The notes under the pieces are model-generated. The model was not told the origin of the DNA and did not search any database. It worked only from the letters and a program-made list of their open reading frames with translations. From the human T2T-CHM13v2.0 reference genome, Homo sapiens: DNA of 64,000 nucleotides. Positions 14,498 through 28,885 of this stretch are shown piece after piece. The stretch is taken from assembly GCF_009914755.1 (NCBI RefSeq), contig NC_060945.1, one strand, 5' to 3'. A program made the position numbers and the translations under genes. Numbering within the stretch: position 1 is the first letter of the stretch; each line of letters opens with the position of its first letter.

Positions 14498-15346
14498 GCT
14501 TTGCCACCTGCTCTCTACTTCCGCCTGAGCACTGCTCCAGCTGCACAGAGCTTGCTCCGAGCTCCAGGCTCCTGCTAAGCTAGCACCACCGTCGACTCCC
14601 TCCAGCTGCCTTCATGATTACCTACCGAGATCTCATCAGCCACAAAGAGGTATCCTCTGACTTTTACAAAGATCCTGGAGATCAGGGACAGGCTGTGCCT
14701 TGAGATGGAGGGGAAAAAGGTCAGTAGGACAGAGGGTAACATCAAAGACTTGCCCATTAGTGAGAATGCCTCCACTGAAGACCCCTAGGGTAAAGGTACA
14801 GAAAGCACAGTATTTGATGCTGTTGTTATCATCATGAAACATCACTCGCCAGAAACCAGCTCCGCAAAAGAAGCCTACAGGAAATACATCAAAAATTACG
14901 TGAGAAGAGTCAAAGGCAAACGTGAAGAACAGAGACCGTAAAAAGTAAAATCTTTTATGACAGACTGCAGAACAAATCAAGCACATCCTTGCTAATTTCA
15001 AAAACTACCAGTTCATTATTTGTGAGGACATGAATCCAGATGGCATGCTGGCTCTATTGGACTACCAGGAAGATGACGTGACCCCATATATGATTTTCTT
15101 TAAGGATGATTTAGAAATGGAAAAATGTTAACAGATTTGGCAATTGCTTTGATCTATCACCTGTCATTATAACTGGCTGCCACTTGTCATCCACACAACA
15201 CCATTGAAGACAAATGGGACTGATGTCACTTTGAGCACTTTATTTTGACCATGATTTATCTGGAGTAGAGGCATTGTTTTTGAGGAAAAAAAAAACCATA
15301 GCATATATAGGTTGTCTAAAAATAAAATACATTTAAAGTTAAAAAA
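14498..15346 (+). pseudogene. TPT1P1: TPT1 (TCTP) processed pseudogene, full length (probably TPT1P1)
   Basis: Intronless TPT1 copy: 5'UTR, ATG 14614 ([10 protein letters not shown]), ancestral stop TAA ending 15131, AATAAA 15321. A +1 frameshift near 14668 gives TGA at 14701; 2-bp deletion near 14965. TSD ATACAACTCTG at 14487-14497 and 15347-15357. The P1 designation is from memory. Confidence 0.93.
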
Positions 15347-15360
15347 ATACAACTCTGTGA

Positions 15361-15738
<378 letters not shown>

Positions 15739-15884
15739 GTGCCCCATATTTAACCAGTCACGGATAGGGAAGACCCAGTGATCGGGTGCAAGTGGTTTTA
15801 CAATCCATTTCTTTTTCATTTTTGTGGTGTAGCCAGTTGTTTGGGATTACAACAGTATTAAAATCCTTAAAAATAAAGCTCTTC

Positions 15885-16162
15885 TCATGCCTGTAATCCC
15901 AGCACTTTGGGAGGCTGAGGCGGGCAGATCACTTGAGGCCAGGAGTTTGAGACCAGCCTGGCCAACATGCAAAACCCTATCTCTACTAAAAATAAAAAAA
16001 TTAACCAGGCGTGATGGTGCATGCCTATAATCCCAGCTACTTGGGAGGCTGAGGCACGAGAATCACTTGACTCCAGGAACTGAAGGTTGTGGTGACCTGA
16101 GACCACGCCACTGCGCTACAGCCTGGGTGACAGAGCGAGACTGTCTCAAAAGAAAAAAAAAA
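15885..16162 (+). mobile_element. Alu, slightly 5'-truncated
   Basis: CTCATGCCTGTAATCCC...poly-A. Confidence 0.93.
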
Positions 16163-16726
16163 GGCTCTAAAAGATGTCCATGATGGACATCACTGTTTGG
16201 CAATCAGGACCCCTTGTTTTTCTAAAGGTACCTTGATGTACTTCTTATTGTTTTAATGTAATGGCAGATCAAGTTGCTCTGCCCTTCCCTACCCAAGACT
16301 TGTGAACTGGTTCCCAATTAGGCAACTCGGCTTCTACTCTGACTTTAAATCTCATGCAAAGTGACATAAGAATGGGTGTTGGGCATTCTTCACTTGTGTC
16401 TCTATCTCCGCTCTCCAGCTCTCCACCTTACTCGGTGTTCTGCAAGGTTCATCTTTATAGACTACATCAGAAGGCTTCCTTAACATCTGCCTTCCATTGG
16501 GGTTTGGCCAGCGGAAGGCACTGGCTAAAGATGAGAAGGTAGAAGAGTGAATTTGGGGTGTTTTTCACCTTCTGCCCTCTCTGCTGGGCACAGTAGGTTG
16601 GTTCTTTCCCTCTCCTAATGCCTCAGCTCCATATGGCAGCCGTAAAAATTAGTAATAAAACCTTTTCCAGTTTAGTACTATCATAGAGCAGCAGGCTTGA
16701 TTATTGCTCTTTGAAAATCAGTGTCA

Positions 16727-17179
<453 letters not shown>

Positions 17180-17229
17180 TCATTTATAAATTTATAATAA
17201 ATCAATAAATTTATTAATCTCTTTTCTTG

Positions 17230-17765
17230 GTAGATATTTTCATTTATCTAAAAGTATCTTCTTGTGTGATTTCTTCTTTGACTCATTGGTTCTTTAGTTG
17301 TATTAATTTTCATATTTATGTAAATTTCCCAAATTGCCTTCTGTAACTGATTTTTAATTTCATTGCATTGTGGTCAGAAAACAGGCATTTCTTATTTCAG
17401 CCCTTTTAAGCATATCAAGGTCTTATTTTATGGCTTAACGTATAGTCTTTCCTGAATAATTTTCCATGTGTACTTTAGAAGAATGTGTGTTGTTCTCTCA
17501 TTGCGTGCAGTGTTCTATAGATGTCTGTTAGATCTAGTTGTGTTACAATGTTGTTCAAGTCTTCTATTTCCTACTTGAAATATGTATTGGATTATGTATA
17601 GTTGTTCTATCTATTTTGAAATCTCCAACTATTATTGTTGACTTATCTATTTCTCGTTTCATATCTGTTCATTTTGTCTGATTTTGCTTCATGTATTTTG
17701 AGGCTCCGTTGTTAGGTGTATATATGTTTATAATTATTATGTTTTCTTTATGGATTGTTGCAAAC
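17230..17765 (-). mobile_element. Old L1M ORF2 (endonuclease region) fragment
   Basis: GTTCTATAGATGTCTGTTAGATCTAGTTG, TGAAATCTCCAACTATTATTGT. Confidence 0.78.
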
Positions 17766-17819
17766 CTTTGCCTAATTTCTAGAGTTCTGACAAAGTTGAT
17801 ACTGACTATTGTTGCTAGT

Positions 17820-18006
17820 CTTTCTTTCTTTCTCTTTCTTTCTTTCTCTCTCTCTCTCCCTTTCTTTCTCTCGCTCCCTTTCTTTCTCTCTTTCTTTCTC
17901 TCTCTTCCTTTCTTTCTTTCTCTCGCTCCCTTTCTTTCTTTCTCTTTCTTTCTTTTTCTTTCTTTCTTTCCCTTTCTTTCTTTCTTTCTCTCTCTCTTTC
18001 TGTCTG

Positions 18007-18055
<49 letters not shown>

Positions 18056-18136
18056 TTTCTTTCTTTCTCCTTCCTTCCCTCCCTCCCTCCCTCCCTCCCT
18101 TCCTTCCTTCCTTCCTTCTTTCTTTTTCTTTTTTTT
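17820..18136. repeat. Polypyrimidine tract (CTTT)n/(CT)n/(CCTT)n
   Basis: About 315 bp, almost purine-free on + strand. Confidence 0.95.
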
Positions 18137-19439
18137 GTGTGTGTTCTTGTTGTTTTTGTGGAGAAGCAGCTTTTTGGAGATCCTTACTCTGCCATTCCTG
18201 GTGATGTCTCTCTGCCATTTCTAATAAGAGACAGTCTCTGAGAGTTTCAAATAGAAGTATACATTTATGTTGTGTGTTCTTGGAAAGACCTTTTTTTTAG
18301 ACTCGCTTTTACATAAAATAAGAAAACAATTAGTAAACACTGGGGTATAAAATAAGCTTTAACATAATTAACAACTACTAAACTGGCCGTTTTTACATGA
18401 GCATAGGAGGTGTGACATGAATCTGAAAACTGATCCAACTAGTAGGCATCATTTCAACGTCACTAGAAGAGTCAATCTGATGAGTCTCTGTCAATGTTGA
18501 CAGTCTTGACCATCATTACATTTTGGGTGCTATTTATTGATCTGTGGTTCTTTGGATTCATCTCACAGAGTACAGATGTTAAGTACAGAGACTTTTTCTT
18601 TAAATATGAATGGTTATGATCTTATCCCTTTCAACAGTAGAGATGTTTGATGAAGATTTGTATCTACCATGTGTTATTCATATAAACATTCTGCATAAGT
18701 AGAGGTTCACTGGAGGGTCACTTTGATTTTTTTCCAAGACCATTTATATATTCTGAAGATGAATAATGAACTAGTAGAGAATAATTACTGACTAAAATAT
18801 TAAACAAATAAAACTGGACATGAAAAAGGAAGTCCACATGAAATCCAAGGTGTTGCCAATAAAATTAAGAAATGCTAAAAACAATCAGCAACTTTGTAAT
18901 AGCAATGTTAACTTTTCTTCCAGAATAACTAGTAGGTACTTAGATTTTCTTTTTAAATATTGGCTAAAAAGCCCAAATTACCTGAATTTCCTTTGAATTT
19001 TTTGTCTTTCCTACATGGACCTTGCCACGTTTTTGGTCATATCGTAATTATTTTAGTTGCTTTTATTTTCTCTCCTAGGTTGCATTGGCTTCAGTAGTAT
19101 GGCCTGTGCCAGTCATTTATGTTTCTCCAAGGACACCAGGCACAACGTCTTGCACACGATTGGTATATTAAAAAATCGGGTCTTGCATTCAGGAAATTAC
19201 ACACTAAAAAGAAGAAGGGTTTATGGGAAAAATAGGGCTAGGAGCAGACTACCCAAAACCTAAAGTACTTTATAACAAGAGTGTGAGTAAAGACAAACCT
19301 AGGAGTGAAAAAGAGATGTAAATTTGTAACAACAAAAGAAATGTTAAAGTAAATAGTTCTCTCCTTTTAAAAGGTGATGGTATGAGCTTCCTTTCTTAAA
19401 TACTTACTGAGCTGATAGATGAATGTTTTCTGGCCCACC

Positions 19440-19790
19440 AGTTAGGGAATGAAGATTTTTATCTCCCTAAAATTCATATGTTGAAATATAATCACCATTG
19501 TGATGGACTGGGAAGTGGGGCCTTTAGGAGGTAATGGGTGGAGCCCTCATGAGTGGGACTAAGACCCTTATAAAAGGGATCCCAGAGAGGTAGCTTACCC
19601 TCTTCTGCCACGTGAGGCTCTGACGAGAAGGTGGCTGGCTGTCTGTGACCCAGAAGAGCGCCCTCACCAGAATCCGACCATACTGGCCCCCGATCTCAGA
19701 CCACTGGCCTCCAGAACTGTGAGAAACACATTTCTGTTGCTTATAAGCCACTCAGTTGATGGTAATTTGTTATAGTAGCCTGAGCTGAGG
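19440..19790 (+). mobile_element. MLT1A-like LTR
   Basis: AAAATTCATATGTTGAAA...CCTCCAGAACTGTGAGAAA...TTGTTATAGTAGCC. Confidence 0.8.
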
Positions 19791-20336
19791 TACCACCCAT
19801 TTTCTGAGGTTACAGCTCTTTGACAATTCAGATCCACACAGGGGTTTTAGTTCCTCCCTCTTCATCTTGCCCAATGCCTCAGCAACTATTCCCACATGAA
19901 CACTGAAACCCAAGTACCTTGGTTATTTAGACCAACAACCAGGCCCCTGCACATCTACAGTGCCAGCTTACATAACCACTTTTCAGTTCTTTCCTTTATG
20001 TGGCCAGTAGAGTTTCTTCTTTCCTTTTTCCTTGTGGGCTAAACTATAAATTTTAAAAGGGTTTTAAAGATCCTTGTGTGTTAGGCAGCATAGCAAGGCG
20101 TCCATTGAGGGAGCTTTTTGCTGTTGTCTATTATCTTAGTCGACCATCTTCCCAGCAGAGCTCCCACCCCCATTATTCTTTTCACAGAATCCTTTGCTAA
20201 CAGATCACTGTTACTAGAATAATATGAGCATTGGGTTCATTGTGTATAGCAGGCTACACTTATGGGAAGAGAGAGAAGGAGAAACAGAGATTTAGTAAGA
20301 AGAGGAATTCATTTTATATTGAAAATATAATTTTGA

Positions 20337-20631
20337 GGCCAGGTGCAGTGGCTCATGCCTGTAATCCCACAACTTTGGGAGGCCAAGGCGGGAGGGTTGC
20401 TTGAGCAAAGGAATTTGAGACCAGCCTGGGCAACAGAGTAACACTCCATATCTACAAAATATTAAAAAACTAGGTAGGTGCAGTGTCACATGGCTATTCT
20501 CCCAACTACTCAGCAGCCTGAAGTGGGAGGATCACTTGAGCCCAGGAGATGGAGGCTGCAGTGAGCCATGATCATGCCATTGCCCTCTAGCCTTGGCAAC
20601 AGAGCAAGACTCTGTCTCAAAGAACAAAAAA
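20337..20631 (+). mobile_element. Alu (AluJ-like)
   Basis: Full dimer; TSD core TATAATTTTGA. Confidence 0.93.
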
Positions 20632-23350
20632 TAGAAAGTATAATTTTGAGCCAATTCTCTAGAGTTTATCAGGTTTTTTTTTCCAGCATTTTCTCTAACG
20701 TACACTGTCCACACAGGAGGTTGAATGATTGCTTTAGGACTAATTACTCAATGTGTGAATTATTAGACCTTTTGTCTTCATCCCTCTTCTCTATTTATTA
20801 GCATGTCTGCAGTTGGCTGGACCATGGAAAAAGATGTCATAGGAAACACTTAACAAAACTATTTAATAACAATCATTAACGTCTCTTATAGAACCGTGAC
20901 TGGAAAGATGGAACCACTGGTTGAAATAAGATCTGAATCCTTACTGTCTCTGCTCTTGTTCTCTTATTCTATACATATAAATTTGACAACTGCATCTGAA
21001 ACAATCTGTAGGGTCCTGTTGCTAAAGGGAATTTTAAATTTTCTTCCATGGAACACTAGGTTTCCAGAGAGTCCTTAATGAATTCTGCAGGAAATAGTGT
21101 ATCTGTTTATTTATTCAACAAATATTCACTGAGTGTTGGCCAGTTATCTGACACTGGGTTGGGCCTGGTCTTTGGGGAGACAGGACTGCCAAGTTTCTGG
21201 CCCTCACTGCTTCAACCAGAGCAGCTCTGCTGGTGTCTGCTTTGTAGTTGACAATCTGGGTATGTGGGGGAGGAGGTTCTGCTGCCTAAAGAAAATTTGA
21301 AGGCTTCTGTGGCATAGGGAATGCCCTTATTTAATAGAAGTTCTTATTAAGCAAAGCTATTTTGGGGCCGTGGCCTAATAGTTGTAGGTTTATGCATCTG
21401 TACAATGAGGAGCACATAGTGAGTATGTGTGTAGTTCAGGGTAGTCTATATTAAGCTGCTGTAACAAATGTCCCCTATATCTCAGTGACTTACAACAGGA
21501 GAGGTTTATTTCTTGCTCATATTATACGTTCGTTGTACATTGTCTCTTTCTCCAGTTTGGGTCTGATCTGACTTTTGGACTCCAGCTAACGGAGCAGCCT
21601 CTTTCTGGAGCATCACTTGTCCATAGTGGGGGTGAATTAAAAACACAGTGAGTTAACATTTGTCCTTACAGCTTCCGCCTGGGAGTTAGACAGGTCTCTG
21701 CTATTGACATCTCCTGGGCTAAACAAGTTAAATGGCTTCACTGGATGTCATTGGCACAGGGAAATATAATCTTTCCACAGGGAGTGATAGCAAATATTTG
21801 GTAACAATAATGCAAAGTGCTCTAGTGCTCAGTAAATATGTGCTGATTAAACAACTATATACAATCAACAACCATGTATCAGTGCATTCTCAGCTCCCGA
21901 CCCTGTAAACCAGTTTTTCTGAGTAGGAGTCTCTGAGATGTTGTGCTTTTTGTGTTATGGGGAGAGCTGAAACGAGCTGAAAATAATCTCAAGATTTTTA
22001 CTGTTACAACTAAGTCACAACTGGCCTTCAACACTCCCCACCAACTGGGTAAGGAAACCACAAATCCAGTCCCCAAACCCACATCTATTTTGCCTTTTCA
22101 AAATGTGTTGTAAAATATTAGAAGGAAAATGGTCTGGAACTTCTAAGGATTAAGAAGAAATTCACATCAGCAGAAAGCAAGACTGTAAACCCCCCGGGAG
22201 CTGAAGAGCTCAGTTCCAGAGCCAGATTGTATAAGACGGGGCTTCAAAACTAATCTGGAGCCATCTTATGTAAAACAAATTGTCCGCCAACAGGAAGCCT
22301 CAAAACAGGGTGCAGATTATGAAGGAATGAAATGGATTCCAGGCTGCTATGAGGGTTTTCTTGATTGAAACAAGACCAACCTATGGAACCATGCTCTGTG
22401 TGAGTCCACCATTTCCCCCTTCTCTGCAAAAACATGAAAGAAAGCATGTAGAATTTTTGTTGTGGCTGGATTTCATAAGGGGAAGATGCTTCTCTGTGTA
22501 AAAAGATATACAAGAGAAAGCTGTGGTTGGAAATCTGCAGTGTAAGCGACAAAAATCTCAACTCAAAGTTGCCTTTGCAAAAGGAAATGATTCTGGTTCT
22601 CAAAGTTGAAAAGTCCAGAGATGGATTTTGCCTTTAGATATGACTGGATCCAGGAGCTCATGCAATATTACCAGGACTCTCTGTCTTTCGCCTTGCTTTT
22701 GTTTGGCTTTATTCTGCAGACTGGGTTGCATCCATCCAGGTTTGCCTCATCAGGGCCTTGCCTGTTGCCTGCCACGCTTGCCTTGGCTGTGCTTTTAAAC
22801 ATCTCCAGAGCTATCTGCAACAGAACTGCGTCTTTAGCCAGCTGCTGGCCTGTGTCAGTTCTTTCTCTGCAGCTGATAGGGCCTCTTTGTGGGCTGCCAC
22901 CCAGGTCCTCTGGCTCTCATCCTTGGCCATTTACTGCTGGTAATCAACCCTCAGTCTCTCATCATCTTTCTGCAGGGTGGCAGCATGACTTAGCATTACT
23001 CAAGCAACGCTGTTGTCTTTATAGGCTTTGTTCCCCCAGATTTTTCAAAACCCACATCATTGCACCTGCCACAAGCTTCTCTGCCACTGGACATTTGGCC
23101 AGGCCACTGCTGGTGAAATCTGTCATATTAAGAGCCATACCACGTAACAGCGGTTATCCTTGCCCTACCTACCACACAGACCTTATGCTCTTGGCCTGCC
23201 AGGCAGTAAGTGAGGAAGTCAGAAATTCTTGTCTTTCCACATGTATTGTCTGACTTCTTTAGTTACTGCTTAAGCTTCTAGGTCCTCCAAGAAACAGACG
23301 TTAACATTGGATTAAGTGTGTGGGAATTTTATTAGGGCAAATGCCTGTGA

Positions 23351-23692
<342 letters not shown>

Positions 23693-23839
23693 TCACCCTC
23701 AAACCTTGAGAGATGAAAGGAGGGAAGGGTGAGTGGAAGTTTCCTCTACTGATAGGAAGTTTAAAGAAGGTTCCACAAGAATGTCATGTGGTCCTTCAGC
23801 CAACGTTGCCATCAGAAGGGTCCTGTCTCCAGGCAAGAT

Positions 23840-24320
23840 TAGCTGCATAATTTGACGGTCCAGTGCAAAAATAATATGCAGGACTCAGTGTTAAAAATGT
23901 ATTAAGAATTTTGGGCTGGGCGCAGTGGCTCCTGTCTGTAATCCCAGCACTTTGGGGGGCCAAGGTGGGTGGATTGCTTGAGCCTAGGAGTTCAAGACCA
24001 GCCTAGGCAACATGGTGAAACTGTATCTCTACAAAAAATTAGCCAGACGTGGTGACATGCACCTGTAGTCCCAGTTACTCAGGAGGCTGAGGTGGGAGGA
24101 CCACCTGAGCCCAGGAAGTCAAGGCTATGGTGAGCTGTGATTGGGTTATTGCATTCTAGCCTGGGCGATGGAGTAAAACCCTTTCTCAAAAAAAAAAAAA
24201 AAAAAAAGAGACAGAGAGAGAATTTCAAGACAAAATAGCAGAGTGCTCAACGGAGTGCAGGGTCCTTTTGAGTTCAGGATCCTGACTGAGTGCATGGGTC
24301 TCACAGCCATGAAACCAAGT
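23840..24320. mobile_element. MER45-like hAT element split by an Alu
   Basis: GCTGCATAATTTG..CCAGTGCAAAA before and AATTTCAAGAC..AGCAGAG..CCATGAAACC after the Alu. Confidence 0.5.
23913..24207 (+). mobile_element. Alu (AluJ-like)
   Basis: Full dimer with poly-A. Confidence 0.93.
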
Positions 24321-24848
24321 GTGGTCTATCTTAGTATATCCCCACTGTGCTTAGTAATCAGCAGCCAAGCCCTTGGACAATTATGGCTCCCTGTAGTTAC
24401 AGAACTTCTAGGCATGTTCTCATGGTTCCTATAGATGAACAAATTTTTTATTTTTTTGTATGGTTTTTGCTTTTTGTCTCTTAAGAAAGCTGAAGATAAG
24501 CATGTTACCCTCTATTTCTAGCTAATACTTTAAAATGTTTTGGGGCTTTAATCCTGATGGAATTTATTTGTATTATTGGTATGAAGTAGGGGTTAACTTA
24601 TTTTTTTTCCTTCAGTTGATAACCACGTCGCATCATCATTTATTGAATGGCTGGTCTTTTCCCTTCTGATTTAAACGTCCACTGTTGTCAAATATTAGAT
24701 TCCCATATACAAGGCATGACAGGAAGTGATAATGGAGCTGTTTTTATCATATTTTTGCTGAATCCCCAAGAGTGCAGACGCCTTGTCTCACATTTCATGC
24801 GGAAGCATCTAAAGGATTGAAAAAGGGATATCTCAAGACAGTTTTTTT

Positions 24849-25148
24849 GGACCGGGTGCGGTGGCTCATGCCTGTAATCCCAGCAGTTTGGGAGGCCGAG
24901 GTGGGTGGATCACCTGAGGTCAGGAGTTCAAGACTAGCCTGGTCAATATTGGCGAAACCCTGTCTCTACTAAAAATACAAAAAATCAGCTGGGCGTGGTG
25001 GTGCGTGCCTGTAATCCCAGCTACTCAGGAGGTTGAGGCAGGAGAATTGCTTGAACCTGGGGGACGGAGGTTGCAGTGAACCAAGATCACACCACTCCAC
25101 TCCAGCCTGGAGGACAGAGTGAGATTCTGTCTCAAAAAAAAAAAAAAA
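24849..25148 (+). mobile_element. Alu (AluSx-like)
   Basis: Full dimer. Confidence 0.95.
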
Positions 25149-25699
25149 GGTAGACCCTTAACCTATCAATAATATAGGTGCATAAAATAATTAAGATTGA
25201 AGTTGGAGGAGAATTGTCCTTAGCGTTATTGGTGACTCTTGAGTCTCTCCCACCTCTCTCCTTGCCCCCTAGGTTCTCCTTGGGCTTGGCCATTGCAAGT
25301 CCCCAGCCAGAGCTGCGAGTGGACAAGGAGATTTGTGGGAGCATTGCCTGCCTGGCTGCCTCCCTGCTGGGCGCTGTTTGTGGAATCGCTGCAGTTCCCT
25401 GCCCTTGGCCACAGCATGTGCTGGACTTAGACACCCCTCCCTCCTCTGCTCCTCCAAGTCCAGGGGCGAGATGTGCTCCCGGCTTTTGTTCCCCTCAGAG
25501 GACTTCCCCTCCTTTGTCTGTTTCCCTCAACTCTGCCCATGCTCTTATTCAGAATCCTCGCTTCATTCCCTCATCTTCCATTTTCCCTTCCAAATGCACC
25601 ATCTGTTCCCAATGGAAAGGAACATCAGTGTGATGCCCTCTCATCTTTTAGAAGATGATATTTCTTCATTTTTCTCCTAATTCAAGCCTTAACATAAGT

Positions 25700-26073
25700 A
25701 GTTTTGTCCATTTTGTGCTGCTGTAACAAAAGGCCTGAGACCAGGCACTTTATAAAGAACAGAAACGTATTTTTTCACAGTTCTGGGGCTGGGAAGTCCA
25801 AGATCAGGGGGCCATATCTGGTGAGCGCCTTTGTGCTGTGTTATCCTATGACAGAAGAGAAATTGCGAAGAGAGGGCTAGAGGTAGAGATAGAGATGGAG
25901 ACAGACAAAGGGGGCTGAACCTGTCCTTTCATAAGGAAACTACTACTGTGAAAATGGCATTAATCCATTCATGAGAGTAGAGCCCTCGTGACCTAAACAC
26001 CTCTTAAAGGTCCACCTCCCAACACCTCCACACTGGGGATCAAGTTTTGGAGCACACATCTGAACCATAGCAA
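25700..26073 (-). mobile_element. MST/MLT1A-type MaLR LTR
   Basis: GTCCATTTTGTGCTGCTGTAACAAAA...GAACCATAGCA. Confidence 0.8.
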
Positions 26074-26220
26074 TATGATTATTGAAGGGAATTGGAGGCA
26101 CAGTGCAGAAAAGTTGCAGGCTGTATCCCCAGTGTTCTTCTTTTCTCTGTTCTATCCCCCATCCCTAGGTAGTCCCATCTAGGCCCAGAGTTTCAAATCC
26201 ATCTATTAATGTATGCTGCA

Positions 26221-26533
<313 letters not shown>

Positions 26534-26774
26534 TTATATCTTCAGCCAGTCTTCTCTTCTAAGTTCCAGGTTTGTATGTCCAAAACCTATTTACTATGTC
26601 CACCTGGTGTCTAACTGAGCTCCTGATCTTTCTCCACCTCCATGACCCCAAGCCACCCTCCATCTGATACACCTTCCTCCTTCAGACCGGCCTATCTCAG
26701 TCATGGCATGTCACACACCCAGCTGCTGAGACTTCAGTTTGGAGTTACTGATAATGATTTCCCTATTACTCTCT

Positions 26775-27392
26775 GCTATGGACTGTTTCTGTCTCCTCAA
26801 AATTCCCATGTTGAAATCCTAGCCCCTAATGTGATGGTATTAGGAGGTGGGGCCTTTGGAGGGTGATTGGACCATGAATACGGTTAGTGCCTTTATGAAG
26901 GAGGTTGATATGGTCTGACCATGTCCTCACCCAAATCTCATCTTGAATCGTAGTTCTCACAATCCCCATGTGTTGTGGGAGGGACCCGGTGGGAGGTAAT
27001 TGAATCATGAGGGCAGTTACCCCCATGCTGCTGTTCTCATGATAGTGAGTGAGTTCTCACGAGATCCAATGGCTTTATAAGGGGCTTTTCCCTCTTTTGC
27101 TTGGCACTTCTCTTACCTGCCACCATGTAAGACATGTCTTTGCTCCTCCTTCGCCTTCCACCATGATTGTGAGGCCTCCACAGCCATGTAGAACTGTGAG
27201 TCCATTAAACCTCTTTCCCTTATAAATTACCCAGTCTTGGGTATGTCTTTATTAGCAGCGTAAGAATGGACTAATACAGAGGTCACAGAGAGCTTTTGTT
27301 CTGCCAAATGACGATACAGTGAGAAGCCACCATCTATCAACGGGCAAGGGGGTCTCTGGTTCATAGATGGGGAGTCCTTTACCAGACACTGA

Positions 27393-27393
<1 letters not shown>
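26775..27393 (+). mobile_element. MLT1A-like LTR interrupted by THE1
   Basis: 5' part 26775-26905 continues at 27279-27393. Confidence 0.75.
26906..27278 (+). mobile_element. THE1 solo LTR nested in MLT1
   Basis: TGATATGG...CTAATACA; perfect 5-bp TSD GAGGT at 26901-26905 and 27279-27283. Confidence 0.92.
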
Positions 27394-27429
<36 letters not shown>

Positions 27430-27546
27430 TACACACACAGAGGGTATATAGATACACATATATACCCCCTACATATATACAGGGGTATACATATATACAA
27501 GGGGTATGTAGATATATATACAGGGGGTACATAGATCAATTCACAT

Positions 27547-27577
<31 letters not shown>

Positions 27578-28036
27578 TACATATATACAGGGGGTATATA
27601 GATCAATTCATATATATATAAAACACCTTGATCTATATACCTCCTGTATGTGTGTGTGTATATATATGTATAAAACACCTTGATCTATATACCTCCTATA
27701 TATATAAGACACTTTGATCTATAAACCTCCTGTATGTGTATATATACACACTGTGTGTGTGTGTATATATATACACACACACTATGTGTACACATATATG
27801 TGTACACATTGTGTATATATATACACACACACATACACACACACCATAATATATATAGTATTATATATTATAGTGTATATATATACACCATATATATATA
27901 CCTTATATATATGTACATATACACCATAATATATAATACAATATATATATATTATGGTGTGTGTGTGTGTATATATATACCATATATATATATGTGGTGT
28001 GTGTGTGTGTATATATGGTGTGTATATATATATATA
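27393..28036. repeat. Complex (TA)n/(CA)n/(TAGA)n low-complexity array
   Basis: Direct reading; followed by an MLT2-like 3' end TCCTATTGGTTTTGCTTCCCTGGAGAACTCT at 28038-28079. Confidence 0.9.
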
Positions 28037-28314
28037 TCTCCTATTGGTTTTGCTTCCCTGGAGAACTCTAATTAAAACAATAGAGACGATAAATCAGTAA
28101 AGTAGATTACATAGTGCAGCAGTTAGTGATAAATGCAACAGACAAGTCCCCATAATCTTCATTTTCTTCATAGCATCACTTGTAGCTATCTTGCTTGTTA
28201 GTTACAGGTACAGTTATCTGACCAGTGTACAGATAGTTGCAGCTATGGTTATAGGTTGATAACTTTTTTGCTCTCGGCCCTGTCTACCAGTGTGTTATTC
28301 ACTGTGACATGCTG

Positions 28315-28885
28315 TTCTGGTTATCTTTGCTGTGTAACAGTGCAGCCCAAACTTAGTGGCACAGCTGTTAGCAGTTGTTTTATTATACTCACACATTCTG
28401 TGAGTGTAGATTTAGAAAGGGCACCATGAGGATGGTTATCCTCTACTCCATGATGTCTTGGCCTTTGTTGGCAAGACTTTAGTCTGGGGGCTAAGAGAGT
28501 GGGGGCTGTAGGAAACACCCCTAAACTGGCTTCTTTATGGACACTTCTGGTGCCTGGGCTTGGATGGATGAAAAATGGGCTGAACTGTGACAGTTGATGG
28601 AGCATTGTGTGTGGCCTCCCATGGCACTTGGGTGTGTCACAGCAGGGTGACTGGGTTTGGAGAGAGAACTTCCCAAAGGGGGTCTTCAGACAGTGGGCAT
28701 CCCAAGAAAGCCAGGTGTAAGTGGCTTGACCTTTTATGGTCTAGTTTCAAAAGTCACATTGCTTCACTTCTGTCACACTCTGTTGGTTCAAGCAGTCATC
28801 AGCCCAGATTCAACAGGAGGGGTACACGGATCTCTCAATTGAAAGAGTGTCCAAAATTTTCAGGCCATGTTCCAAAACCATCTCC
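28315..28885 (-). mobile_element. Old MLT1-type LTR
   Basis: TTGCTGTGTAACA..CCCAAACTTAGTGGC..CTCACACATTCTGTG. Confidence 0.6.

Noticed and set aside
14614-15131. Functional TPT1 retrogene
   Set aside because: Early frameshift with stop at 14701, an ancestral-frame TAG near 14786 and a further deletion.
17691-18224. ORFs of 131-177 aa
   Set aside because: Translations of the (CTTT)n tract.
18230-19400. Possible pseudogene or ancient coding remnant
   Set aside because: AT-rich unique-looking sequence; I could not recognise any protein or repeat homology.
22606-23253. 215-aa ORF
   Set aside because: Starts at TTG, partly overlaps LTR-like sequence, and shows no recognisable homology or splice support.
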